Positions 43,773 through 56,710 of a stretch of DNA of 64,000 nucleotides are shown here, in pieces. Below the pieces are notes generated by a model. It searched no databases. It worked only from the letters and a program-made list of their open reading frames with translations, and was not told the origin of the DNA. The stretch spans positions 23,684,001 through 23,748,000 of the forward strand of contig OX597828.1 of assembly GCA_951406725.2 (NCBI GenBank). The letters run 5' to 3'. Numbering within the stretch: the stretch's first letter is position 1; every line of letters starts with the position of its first letter. The position numbers and the translations under genes are program-made. Source of the stretch: Octopus vulgaris (taxonomy: Eukaryota).

Positions 43773-45052
43773 TCATTCTCGAGTCATAAAAACTTTATTC
43801 CTAAATCATATAAACTTCATTCCCGAGTCATATAAACTTCATTCCCAAGTCATATAAACTTCATTCCCGAGTCATATAAACTTCATTCCCGAGTCATATA
43901 AACATCATTCTCGAGTCATATAAACTTTATTCCTGAGTCATATAAACATCATTCCCAAGTCATATAAACATCATTCCCAAGTCATATAAACTTTATTCCT
44001 GAATCATATAAACTTCATTCCCCAGTCATATAAACTTTATTCCCGAGTCATATAAACTTCATTCCCGAGTCATATAAACATCATTCTCGAGTCATATAAA
44101 CTTCATTCCCAAGTCATAAAAACTTTATTCCTGAATCATATAAACTTCATTTCCGAGTCATATAAACTTCATTCCCGAGTCATATAAACTTCATTCCCGA
44201 GTCATATAAACATCATTCCCGAGTCATATAAACTTCATTCCCGAGTCATATAAACTTCATTTCCGAGTCATATCAACTTCATTCTCGAGTCATATAAACT
44301 TCATTCCCGAGTCATATAAACTTCATTCCCGAGTCATATAAACATCATTCCCGAGTCATATAAACTTCATTCCCGAGTCATATAAACTTCATTCCCGAGT
44401 CATATAAACTTCATTCCCGAGTCATATAAACTTCATTTCCGAGTCATATAAACTTCATTCCCGAGTCATATAAACTTCATTCCCAAGTCATATAAACATC
44501 ATTCCCGAGTCATATCAACTTCATTCCCAAGTCATATAAACTTCATTCCCAAGTCATATAAACTTCATTCCCGAGTCATATAAACTTCATTCCCGAGTCA
44601 TATAAACTTCATTCCTGAATCATATAAACTTCATTCCCCAGTCATATAAACTTTATCCCCGAGTCATATAAACTTCATTCCCGAGTCATATAAACATCAT
44701 TCTCGAGTCATATAAACTTCATTCCCAAGTCATATAAACTTTATTCCTGAATCATATAACTTCATTCTCGAGTCATATAAACTTCATTCCCAAGTCATAT
44801 AAACTTCATTCCCGAGTCATATAAACATCATTCCCGAGTCATATAAACTTCATTTCCCGAGTCATATAAACATCATTCCCAAGTCATATAAACTTCATTC
44901 CCGAGTCATATAAACTTCATTTCCGAGTCATATAAACATCATTCCCAAGTCATATAAACTTCATTCCTGAATCATATAAACTTCATTTCCGAGTCATATA
45001 AACATCATTCCCGAGTCATATAAAATTCATTCTCGAGTCATTTATATGACTC
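43773..45052 (+). repeat. 22-bp minisatellite, about 58 units (TCATTCCCGAGTCATATAAACT)
   Basis: Contiguous tandem units with few variants; ends in a 12-nt inverted unit tttatatgactc. Confidence 0.97.
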
Positions 45053-45887
45053 ATGAGGTCGGTTTGGCCGGATTCCTAATGTATATATTCGTCAAATGAA
45101 TACTCGTTTTTGCCAGCTGAGGGTATTGTAGCAACGTGAAATGAAGTGTTTTGCTCAAGAACCCAACGGATCGTCTAGTTTTGGAATCGAAACCACTATC
45201 ATTCAATCATGACCAAACCCCCTAACCATTAACCACGCAGCTCCATATTATACACAAGGCAGTTCTACTAAGCACTAGATTAAGTATTTATAAACATTAA
45301 AACACATCATCTTGTTTCTAGAAAAAAATCTTTCAAAAATGATTGTGTCTGTTGAGTTTTGAGATATCTGCGTATATATCGATCGGATGTCCAGTTTTCT
45401 TTCATTTTCTGCTCAAGTTCTCTTCTTCGCAGAAGTATACAACGGTTCAACAGCCACTAAGTACAAGAGCTACAAAGAACATTCAAACCACTATTTCGAA
45501 ATGATAACGAAGACATACTATGCAAAGATCAAAATACTCGCTACACCGTAAATATAAGATTTTCGCTTACACGGATCTTAGTGTCAACCCACGTAAGAAT
45601 ATTTTCCTTCCCTCTCCACCGCCAACAGAAAAAAAGAAAGAATTACGAATTAAAGAAAGGAATCTATACAAGTGCTACTATAGAAATATTAAAATTCTTA
45701 TCCCCAGATTTCATCGTCTGTCTTAGAATAGCAATATCGAATCAATGAAGTTCAACAATAAGAAAGTAGTTATTGATATTACAATCACGAAATCTATAGA
45801 CATATCATCTGAGCAGGAGAACCAGGACGGAACCGTAATGATATTTCACCGGAAGCTAACCTAACATTTGGATTTACATACATATAT

Positions 45888-45927
<40 letters not shown>

Positions 45928-45958
45928 TATGTACTTATATAGACACATACATATTTAC

Positions 45959-45996
<38 letters not shown>

Positions 45997-46096
45997 TTAC
46001 ATTTATATATATATATATGTATGTATGTATATATACATATCTATATGCGTGCATACATACCTACATACCTACATACATACATACATATATACATAC

Positions 46097-46164
<68 letters not shown>

Positions 46165-46240
46165 TAAATCCACATATATACATTTACATGTATACGCACA
46201 TATCTATATACGTAGATACACACACACACACACATATATA

Positions 46241-46304
<64 letters not shown>

Positions 46305-46310
46305 TATATG

Positions 46311-46350
<40 letters not shown>

Positions 46351-46519
46351 TGATCGAATTTCAAATGATGACCAAAAATCTAATAATCTAATAATCTAAT
46401 AGACTAATAATAGACTAAATGGTGATTGGCGTCATCAGATGGAGGGAGAATTACAACCATTGTGATAGTGACTATAGACATTAGCGACTAACGAGTGTGC
46501 GCAGACATAATCGTTGTCA

Positions 46520-46720
46520 CGATGACTACGATGATGATTATAATGGTGATGGTCTTGGCGATGACGGTGATGGCGATGGCGATATCAGCGATGGCTATTA
46601 TGATGAGGACGACGACGACGTTGATGATTGTGATGATGTTGAGGATGATGATGATGATCATTGTCTTGATTATGTTGGTGATGATGATGTTCGTGGTGAT
46701 GGTGAAGGTGATGACGATGT
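46520..46720 (+). repeat. Degenerate (GAT)n trinucleotide repeat
   Basis: GAT/GAC/GGT units giving Asp-rich or Met-rich pseudo-ORFs. Confidence 0.85.
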
Positions 46721-46834
46721 CTTTAAGGAAAGGAAGGAGGCTTAAGAAAATGAGGAAATGAATCATTCTGACGTCAAAACATTTGCAAGTCGAAAAGTCG
46801 CAGCGGAAGATTATTTTATTTTATTTATTTATGC

Positions 46835-47135
46835 GATCTTTTCAAGCCTAGCCAGGCTCATGGACCCGGTTTCCCGGTTTCTATGGCGAATGTGTTCCTC
46901 CCAGCTGGACGGAGCGTCAGTCCATCTCAGCGTTACTCAAGAAACAGGAAGAAGGAGTGAGAAAAAAATTGGGGCGAAAGAGTACAACAGGGGTCTCCAC
47001 CACCCCCTACCGGTGCCTCGTTGGGCTTTAGGTGTTTTCGCTCAAAAACCACACACAACGCCCGGTCTGGGAATTGAAACCGCGATCCTCCGACCACGAG
47101 TTCGCTACCCTAACCACTGGGCCGTTGCGCCTCTA
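46835..47135 (-). mobile_element. OR1-like SINE with the GAAACCGGGAAACCGG tail
   Basis: Same head and tail as the 34133 copy. Confidence 0.75.
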
Positions 47136-47487
47136 CAGGAAATTACTACTATATCTTATATTTTAGCTTGATTTCTGGACAGTCTACTTAGTAGCCAGGT
47201 CTCTACCTAAGAGCTAAGATTTATATCTACGTTATATCAATAGGTATTTTTTCTCAAGTTATGCGCTGTTTAGGTTACAAGGTTTTCTGCATCAGCATGT
47301 TTGATTTTGCAGATATTTTAACACTGGAGATTGAAGACACCTTTTAAAACCATGCTTAGTGCTCCGATTACTTCCGGTTGAGTAACTGTATCCGGTTTCC
47401 ATCATCTGATGTTTGTCACCTTTGCTTCCCACAATCTCTTCAACTCCCTGGTTATGCGCTATTGTAACTATTATCCGGACAGAAGCA

Positions 47488-48090
47488 AGGCGGCGAGCTT
47501 GGCAGAATCGATTGCACGCCACGCAAAATGCTTTGTGATATTTCGGCTGCCGCTACGTTCTGAATTCTGAGGTCGACTTTGCCTTTCATCCTTTCAGGAT
47601 CGATGAAATAAGTACCAGTTACGCACTGGGGTCGATGTAATCGACTAACCCCTTCCTCATATTTTCAGGCCTTGTGCTTACAGTAGAAGAGATTATTCTG
47701 TTAGAAATGGTAGCGTGTCGTAAAAATGTTTAGTAGCATTCCCTGCCTCTTTATGTTCTGAGTTCAAATCCTGTCGATGTTTAACTTCGCTTGAAATTTA
47801 TCCTTGGCCAATAAAATAAAGTACCAGTTCTGTACAGGGGTCGATGGCATCTACTCATCCCGTCTCCAAAATTGCTAACCTTCTGCATTCCAGCAGAAGC
47901 TGAAGGTAGAATAGTTAGTCCGTAGGAAAAGTATTCTGTGGCATTTCTATCGGCTTTTTACGTTCTGAGTTCAAATCTTGTGTTACATTCCCCATTCTTC
48001 GTCTTCCGTTCGGAGGCGATAAAATAAGTATCAAGGGAACATTGGGGCCGAGGTAATCGACTTACACCTCGTCTCAGAATTGCCGATCTC
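47488..48090 (+). mobile_element. Three consecutive diverged Meta-domain SINEs
   Basis: Repeated gttctgagttcaaat...gataaaataagtaccag...ggggtcgat motifs. Confidence 0.65.
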
Positions 48091-48099
48091 GAACACAAA

Positions 48100-48136
48100 T
48101 CATAAACAACAGCAACAACAACAACAACAACAAAAT

Positions 48137-48186
<50 letters not shown>

Positions 48187-48280
48187 GCTGCTGCTGCTAC
48201 TACTACTGCTGCTACTGCTGCGGCGGCGGCTGCTCCTCCTCCCCCATCCTCCCCCTCCTCCTCCTCCTACTACTACTGCT
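48100..48280 (+). repeat. Compound trinucleotide tract (CAA)n-(CTA)n-(CTG)n-(CGG)n-(CCT)n
   Basis: Directly visible. Confidence 0.9.
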
Positions 48281-48738
48281 ATTACAAGCTTTGTGAATAT
48301 ATTTGCTAGATGGAAACTGGTAGAAGCCCGTCAAAATATATATATATATATATGGTGTTATAAACGTCTCGCCGCAGTGAAAGTTTCGGTGAACGGATTA
48401 TTTCGAAGGGACTCTGGCCACCAAGATCACCTGATTAAACACAACCAGACTTTTTTCTGGGGATCTGTACAAGTAAAGGATCAGTGTACAAGAATCGCCT
48501 GAAAACCATTAATGTGCTAAAAGAGGCATTCATGGCTTTCACACGTTACATACCGCATCAGACCATCCAACATGTATTTCAAAACATGTGGAAAACAGTC
48601 AACTTATATATTGAAAATGAAGGATGACACTTTCAATAGCTCTTATAAAGTGTTTTAAAGTCTTGTAAAGTCTAATATATTCTTTTGTAGTCTTACACCA
48701 TCTTATAAATATTTATCTTGCAATAGAATACTTACTGC

Positions 48739-49120
48739 AAGGCAACAAGCTGGCAGAAATGTTAGCACGCCGGAGAAATGCTCAGCGGTATTTCGTCTGC
48801 CGTTACGTTCTGAGTTCAAGTTCCGCCGTGGTCAACTTTGCGTTTCATCCTTTCGGGGTCGATTAAATAAGTACCAGTTACGCACTTGGGTCGATATAAT
48901 CAATTTAATCCGTTTGTCTGTCCTTGTTTGTTCCCTCTGTGCTTAAAACCTTGTGGGTAGTAAAGAAATAGGTATTTCGTCTGTCTTTATGTTCTGAGCT
49001 TAAATTCTGCGGAGGTCGTCTTTACCTTTCATCCTTTCGGGGTCGATATGTTAAGTACCAGTTACGTGCTGGGGTCGATATAATCCCACCTCCTCCATTT
49101 TGGGCCTTGTGCCTAGAGAA
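48739..49120 (+). mobile_element. Meta-domain SINE dimer
   Basis: Head, then restart at aaataggtatttcgtctg (about 48970). Confidence 0.82.
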
Positions 49121-49584
49121 TAAAAGAATAAAATACTTATTGCGGAGAGACGTTTTGAACACCATGTATGTGTATATATATGTATGTGTGTGTGCGTGTG
49201 TGTGTGTCTGTGTGTGTCCGCCTGCCATTGCTTGGCAACCTATGTTGGTGTGTTTACGTCCCCGTAACTTAGCGGTTTGGTAAAAAAAAAAAACGTATAG
49301 AATATGTAGTAGATTTACAAAAATTAAGTCCTGGGGTCGATTTCTTCAATTAACACCGCTTCAGGTGGTGCTCCAGCATGGCCGTAGTCAAATGACTGAA
49401 ACAAGTAAAAAGATAATAAAAGAATATAGAATTCCATTGCAACATAATGTTTTAATCATTTCAAGAAGATTCGGATTATATAATAATTTTAAACACAAAA
49501 AAACATATGGAGAGGAAACATGAACCTTTCTAACAAACCGTTGAACTATACGAAACACACCAGCAAATATAATATGTTGTTTTC

Positions 49585-49974
49585 TACGATAGGCAGAAGG
49601 CCCAAAATTCTGAGAGAGGGGGCCAGTTGATGAGATCGACCCCAGTACGCAACTGGTACTTAATTTGTCGACCCCGATATGACAAAAGGGAAAGTCGAGC
49701 TCGGCGGAATTTGAGCTCAGAATAAAGACAAACGCGATACCTATTTCTTTACTACCCACAAGGGGCTAAACACAGAGAGGACAAACAAGGACAAACAAAC
49801 GGATTAAGTCGATTACATCGACCCCCAGTGCGTAACTGGTACTTAATTTATCGACCCCGAAATGATGAAAGGCAAAGTCGACCTCGGCGGAATTTGAACT
49901 CAGAACGTAACGGCAGACGAAATACCGCTAAGCATTTCGCCCTGTGTGCTAACGTTTCTGCCAGCTCGCCCCCT
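49585..49974 (-). mobile_element. Meta-domain SINE dimer, inverted relative to 48739
   Basis: Reverse-complement copy with a junction at about 49740. Confidence 0.82.
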
Positions 49975-50369
49975 TAAATATAATATGTTCTATGGCGAAT
50001 GGAATCTCCTATGGGACACAAGTTCATTGAACTTTCGATCGTCTGTAACAGGTAGCTGTTTACGTCTGGCTCATTAATTTGTTTCTGAAATTGACAACTC
50101 TATCGTTTAAATCAATGTAATCACTTCTGCTTTAGATTAGCATTATAATTTATATCGCCAGGAAATGTATGCCTATATGTTTGTATATTTGAATATGTCA
50201 ACAGATGCACAGAGACACTCACACGCCATACTTATATACTAAAGTATGTGCCGTGTGTGTTGTGTGTATGTGTGTGTACGCGCCCATGTTTAGCTATATA
50301 TGTATATATATAAATGTGCATATACATTCATGCATACACTCACTCACACGCAGACACCTATATATATGC

Positions 50370-50518
50370 TGTACTCTTTCGCCACAACTTTCTCTCATTC
50401 TTTCTTCTGTTGGCCTGCTCGCACAGTCAGCGTGGTGGCGTCATTTGAAGGCTAAAACAATGCGAAGCGCATTGGGACCAGCGATGTGTAGCAACATCTG
50501 ATAGTCTGGTCGGTCACG

Positions 50519-50523
<5 letters not shown>
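50370..50523 (+). mobile_element. OR1-like SINE 3' fragment with RTE-related tail
   Basis: Matches the tail of 7993-8306. Confidence 0.75.
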
Positions 50524-50559
<36 letters not shown>

Positions 50560-50663
50560 GAAACAAAATTCCTTCCAATAACAAATGTAACACACCATAT
50601 TACAACATTTAATCTAACATTAAAAAATTCGTGGTGATCACGTTGATATATATATATATATAT

Positions 50664-51015
50664 AGGTGTGGCTATGTGGTAAGAATCTTGCTTCCAAACC
50701 ACATGTTCCAGGTTCCGTCCCACTGCATGCCATGTTGGGAGGGTGTCTCCTACAATTGCCTCGAGCGGACCAATGCATTGTGAATGGATTTGGTTGACGG
50801 AGCCTGAGAGAATATGTGTGCGTTTTTGTGTTTGTGTTTGTCCACCTCCCTATCACCGCTTGACAACCGGTGTTGGTGTATTTATGTCCCCGTAACTTAG
50901 TGGTTCGGTAAAAGTGTCCGATAGAATAACAACTAGGCTGGAGTCGATTTTTCCGACTAAAACCCTTCAAAGTAATGCGCAGAATGGCCGCCGTGAAATC
51001 ACTGAAACAAGTAAT
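50664..51015 (+). mobile_element. CORE-type SINE, diverged
   Basis: Similar to the 21575 copy along its length. Confidence 0.75.
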
Positions 51016-51060
51016 GGAATACAGGAGTATATGAATGTATGTGTATATATCCATATATAC

Positions 51061-51094
<34 letters not shown>

Positions 51095-51439
51095 AGAGGA
51101 AGAAAGGGCGAGTAGAGTGTAGGCAATTTGCGACAGAAGCTGCTTTTAGAATGAATATTAACTAGCATATTTGACATCTCCAATGTCCTAGACTACATTG
51201 TCTAGATTACAAATGCCAAGAAGCAATAACATTTTGTTATCGGCCACAAAATTCCACATCACACCGGCGGATGGCAGCAGTGGTTCACGCGATTTCACTG
51301 TATCGCGGATCGTCGGGTGCAGCTAGCTCAGCCGAATTCCAAACAGAAAAGCAGTGAAGCCAATATAAAAGTATACTGGATAATCACAAGCAGAGCTGTC
51401 GCACAAAGATGGCATTCGGCTTGTATGTAATATATATAA

Positions 51440-52028
51440 AAATTGAATTAGAGATAAAACCAATATTAGGCAACACAAACAGTGATAGTCATTAACCAAA
51501 ACATAAAAAAATAAATATAATTACTATAATATAAATATATATATATAATGTAAAAATTTAAATTCAAATTATTAAAATTTGAAATTTTTAAATTTATATT
51601 TATAAATTTTATATTTAAAAATTTTTTTTATTTTTAAATCTTTAAACTTTATACATTTTTTAAACCAAAAAGTATAAAAAGTTAAATATAATATAATAAG
51701 TAAAAATACTACGTACGTTTTATGGCTATAATTCAATTTGAATTACAATTAAGTTTAAATTCAACTAAAAATTCGAATTTAAATTATTAAAATTTGAAAT
51801 AGTTAAATTTATACTTTTAAAAGTTTTATACTTTTATATTTTTGAATTTTTAAATTTTTAAATTTTTAAATCTTTAAACTTTATACATTTTTTAACCAAA
51901 AAGTATAAACAAGTTAAATATAATATAATAAGTAAAAACACTACGTACGTTTCATGGCTATAATTCAATTCGAATTACAATTAAGTTTAAATTCAATTAA
52001 AAATTCGAATTAAAATTATAGTCAATCT
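51440..52028 (-). repeat. AT-rich tandem duplication (period about 232 bp) with a truncated hammerhead-like motif, Penelope pLTR-like
   Basis: ctacgtacgtt anchors at 51709 and 51941; minus strand AGA-TTGACTATAATT..AATTATAGCCAT-GAAACGTACGTA. Confidence 0.6.
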
Positions 52029-53155
52029 ATAAGCATTTACAATTTGAAAGTGAAAAGCTGTATCGTTCCTTAAAAGACGATACTGCGCTACAATTTTCAT
52101 TATTCTTACCATTCTTCAACATAACCATTCACCTGAACATTACTTTCAAGCTGTCCTTAGCAAGTTAGTGCATTGGACTGATTATTTGTTTAGTATACTA
52201 AAAAAAAAAACGTTAGTATATAAAGAAATAAGCGAAAACATTGAAACTACCAAATCTAACTTTTCATATTGATTACTAATGGAAAAATATACGATAGCTC
52301 TAAGTTTAGGTTATTATTGGTTTTCTTGCTTGGAATATTTGTTTCCATTCTACGAGTTATTTATAAATGTTGTGATACCTACAGAGAAGTTTTATTGACT
52401 TGAAGCGGTACTGCACCTGTGAACTATTTGAAATTAATTAAATGCAATTTAAATTTTAATTAACTTGCGCATGCAGAGACGATTCACATCTCTCGATATT
52501 TTTTGTTCCCTCTAGTATACCATAGAATCGAAAACGAAAACATTCTGCTGCAGTAGTAATTATTAGTCTGTTTATCTATTTATCTATTTATATATTCATA
52601 TATTTTATTTCTCTGTGGCTTATCAAAGTTACGCTATTTACGCTATGTCAGCTACTGGGGAAAAAAATCTCTTTTCATAGGTAAAATGAATTTAGTTACA
52701 GAGTACAGAAAATAAATTAATATAATAATAAAAATAGTATCTCTTAAGTCAGAGTTAGAAATATTCATATTAGAAATATCCATCATGAAAGGTTAACTTG
52801 GTTCTGTTGACTCCGGTACCTGATTCCACGCTGTGAACTTATTTTACCAAGTCTCTTTGCTGAATCACTAAAGTATGGGACGTCAGTAGACAATTCTGGC
52901 TTTAATCGTCTTAGTTTTAACATTGACACAGAGATAGATCTACACACGAACACGCGCACACACACACAAGCACACAAACACACATTTACACACACACAAA
53001 CAAACAAACACACAAACACTCACTCACTCATGTTCGTGCACACACATATTCAAACACACATACACACATTCATACACACACATACACATTAACACACACA
53101 CACATGTATATATATTATGTATATATATATATACATACATGTGCATATATATATA

Positions 53156-53565
53156 TACTCTTTTACTCTTTTACTTGTTTCAGTCATTTGACTGCGGCCA
53201 TGCTTGAGCACCGCCTTTAGTCGAGCAAATCGACCCCGGGACTTATTCTTTGTAAGTCCAGTACTTATTCTATCGGTCTCTTTTGCTGAACCGTTAAGTG
53301 ACGGGGACGTAAACACACCAGCATCGGCTGTCAAGCAATGCTAGGGGGACAAACATAGACACGCAAACACGCACACACATACATATATATACATATATAT
53401 ATATACGACAGGCTTCTTTCAGTTTCCGTCTACCAAATTCACTCAGAAGGCATTGGTCGGCCCGGGGCTATAGGAGAAGACACTTGCCCAAGATGCCACG
53501 CAGTGGGACTGAACCCGGAACCATGTGGTTGGTTAGCAAGCTACTTACCACACAGCCACTCCTGC
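53156..53565 (-). mobile_element. Full-length CORE-type SINE
   Basis: High similarity to the reverse complement of the 21575 copy. Confidence 0.88.
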
Positions 53566-54479
53566 ACATATATATATGCATACATATATATACATATACA
53601 CACACATGTATATATATATTATATATATAAATATATAGAATTATATGCGACAATACGTACTACGCGATCAAACTGCTGCTCTATATCCATACAATTATGC
53701 AGTGCGCTACTTAGAAACTGCACAAGGAACATGTCTACCATGTATCCAGATATAAGGAGCTGCAGATCGCTTCGCCTTCTACCATTAACTACATCCACAA
53801 CCCAGGTTTGCTCCTTCATAACCAACCTTAGCTGCAAAAAGCACAGTCGTGAAAGGAAGGCATACAAACGTGGCCAAGTCGGTCGTATTTGAAACTACAA
53901 ACGATGAAAGAACGTAGCTAGGCAACAGTTTTAGTCTTGTCAGGCGTTTTACAACATTTGAGTATTCCTTAGTTCATTCAGGACATTGCTAGTAGAACGT
54001 AGAACCAATTCAAGAAAAGTGCACAGAATAAAAGAATAAACGAATAAAAGGAAATCTATGTTCTATAGAAATGCGAAAGGATAGCGTGCAGAATTTATTA
54101 CAATCTGACTGGCTTGTTTCAAAATTGTAAAGATATACTTTATTGCTGATATGACTAGCTGATTGTGAGAAATGGATTTCATATATGTGTGTGCCGTAGC
54201 GTATTTGCACGTGTGTGTGTGTGTTTGTGTATGTGTGAGTGTCTATGAGTGTGTGTGTGTGTGTGTCCTCATATAGTGTGTGTGTGTGTCCTCATGTGAA
54301 CATATGCACGTGAATTATAGACATTCTCATATCCAAAATAGTGATAAACACAAATGGACAACCAAAGGCATACGCACGCTCCTTATATCTGGATCCACAC
54401 ATTCGCATACACACATAAAGTGTATTGTACACAAACATTCCCAAGCACACTCAGACACACACATACACACACACACATT

Positions 54480-54601
54480 TTCTATCGGTCTGTGTTGCCG
54501 AACCGCTAAGTTACGGACACGTAAACATACCAGCATTGGTTGTCAAGCGATGCCGGAGGGACCAAACACAGGCACACAAACATACACACACACACACAAA
54601 C

Positions 54602-54651
<50 letters not shown>

Positions 54652-54797
54652 CGGGGTTCTTTCAGTTTCTGTCCACTAAATCCACTCACAATGATTCGTT
54701 CGGCCTTAGACTATAACAGAAAACACTTGCCCAAGGTGCCACGCAGTGGGACTGAACCCGGATGCATGTGGTTGATAAGCAAGGTAATTAGCACACA
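54480..54797 (-). mobile_element. CORE-type SINE, partial
   Basis: Same family as 21575. Confidence 0.75.
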
Positions 54798-54984
54798 CCC
54801 AATCCTATTAATAATGATAAGACCGTTATTTAAAATAATGATCGTATGCCCAGCATGGGAAGAAAAACCTTATAGGTAACAATTTTTATTAGAATTTTAA
54901 TTAAGGGTGTCTAAGAGATACCACCATGCTTGAAATAGAAGTTAAAACCAGACTCTAAAACCATGTCCTATATGAATACATGAT

Positions 54985-55622
54985 GTGGTGATCGGCAGTG
55001 ATGAAATAGAGGAGGTAAAGGAATATGTCTACCTGGGACAGGAAGTGAATATGTGCCGAGATATCGAAAAGGAGATCTCACGGAGAGTAAGAGCCGGATG
55101 GAAGGCGTTTAATGGCATAAGGAATGTGCTCAAGGGAAGGTTGGACAGGGCCACCCGCGCCAACCTCATCAACAGTGCAGTTCTACCTGCAATGTTATAT
55201 GGTAGTGTAACATGGGCTACCACAAAGAGAGAAGAGCAGAGACTGGTAACGGCTCAAAGAGCCATGGAAAGGTCAATGCTTGGTATCTCGTTTAGAGTGC
55301 ACGTCAGTAGCGAGATCATCAGAAAGAAGTCCGGCGTGAGAGATGTCATCGCAGAGTATACACGCAGCAAGTATAGATGGGATGGACACGTTGCCCGGCT
55401 CACCGATAATCGATGGACTCACGCAGTTGTCGAGTGGTACCCGCGCGAGCGGAAAAGACCACCTGGAAGACCTTCACGACGGTGGAGTTACGATTTCAGG
55501 AGGACGATTGGGATCATGTGGATAAGAAAGGCGCGATCCAGAGAGGAGTGGACAGCGTGCTGTGACCAGCGGTGCCAAATGGACGCCTGACGGACTGGTC
55601 GGTCAGGGTGATCAAGGTGATA
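54985..55622 (+). mobile_element. RTE-clade LINE, 5'-truncated, with an open 201-aa ORF C-terminus
   Basis: EYVYLGQ, EISRRVRAGWKAF, VLPAMLYGSVTW, RWDGHVAR and RPPGRPSRRW are RTE ORF motifs; short 3' UTR ending (GGTGATCAA)GGTGATA. Confidence 0.92.
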
Positions 55623-55719
55623 TATCCGTATATATATATATATATTATATTTATATTGGTAAAAACGGTGAGATAACAAAAGAAAGAAAGAGACCTCAAT
55701 ATTATGTAAATAGAGGAAT

Positions 55720-56710
55720 TTATCTATAAAATAATGTGACAATTATTCAGTGGCCAAGATAAAACTCTGAGTTCCGGATGCCGAGGTGGAAATCCACACC
55801 ACCATCTCTTCGGTTATGTGGCAATCTGAAAAACGTTATGAAAAAAGACCGTTATACAAAGGGAAATTACTGTGTTATAGACCGCTACTTATACAAAGCG
55901 CTAATTCGAATGACCGCTGAATAAGATAATGTTAAAAGTTCATAGTAAACACGTAAGCGTGCCTGTTTATACGTACACATGTATGAACGTTCATACATAC
56001 GTCTACATGCGCACAAGCACAAGAAAAATCAGGGTTAAGGGTAACAATACAGAAAAAAGGCATTAAGAATTATACAAAGTGTAAACCACGTTCATATACG
56101 GACATACCCTATACAATTTTTTTGGGGTGGGGCGTATGTATTAATCATTTTTGTGCGTGAGTGTGTCTGTATGCGTACATAGACGTGTGCGGGTATGTGC
56201 ATATATGGGCGTGTGTGTGTGTGCGTGCATAATGGTATGTCCGTATATGAACGTGGTTTACTCTTTGTATACTTCCTTATGCCTTTTTTCTGTATTGTTA
56301 CCCTTAACCCTGTTTTTTCTTGTGCTTGTGCGTATGTAGACGTATATATGAACTTTTACGGTGCGCGCGTGTGTGTATGCGTTTGTATATATATATGCAT
56401 ATACATTTGGCGAAAATGTGAGTGAAGGTGTGTACGTTTTCATAGTGATGTATGCGTACGCACGTGGGTGCGCGAGCGCGCATGTGTACGTATGAATAGG
56501 CACGCTTACGAGTTTACTATGAACTTTTAACTTTATCTTAATTAGTGGTCTATAACATAGTAATTTCCCTTTGTATAATGGTCTTTTTTCATAGCGTTTT
56601 TCAGATTACCAGATAACCGAAGAGATGGTGGTGTGGATTTCCACCTCGGCATCGAAAACTCAGAGTTTTATCTTGGCTACTGAATAACTGTCACATATTA
56701 TTTTACAGAT
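55720..56710. mobile_element. Large inverted repeat (arms about 55720-56108 and 56234-56710) with a hammerhead-like motif in each arm
   Basis: Arms align as reverse complements with indels; + arm GATAA-CCGAAGA-GATG..CATC-GAAAACTCAGAGTTTTATC at about 56612-56671. Confidence 0.8.

Noticed and set aside
43773-45052. CRISPR-like array
   Set aside because: Units are contiguous with no unique spacers, there are no cas genes, and the context is eukaryotic.
45395-45600. Strong acceptor ttctcttcttcgcAG with a downstream GTAAGA donor
   Set aside because: All three frames stop before that donor and there is no collagen-like content.
46497-46745. Asp/Gly-rich 82-aa ORF resembling an acidic biomineralisation protein
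   Set aside because: Degenerate (GAT)n repeat open in several frames, with no splice signals or signal peptide.
48385-48420. Another GAAAC hammerhead-like half on the minus strand
   Set aside because: No CUGANGA or closing stems at a suitable distance.
48080-48502. PolyQ/polyL/polyP ORF
   Set aside because: Compound trinucleotide microsatellite running into repeat fragments.
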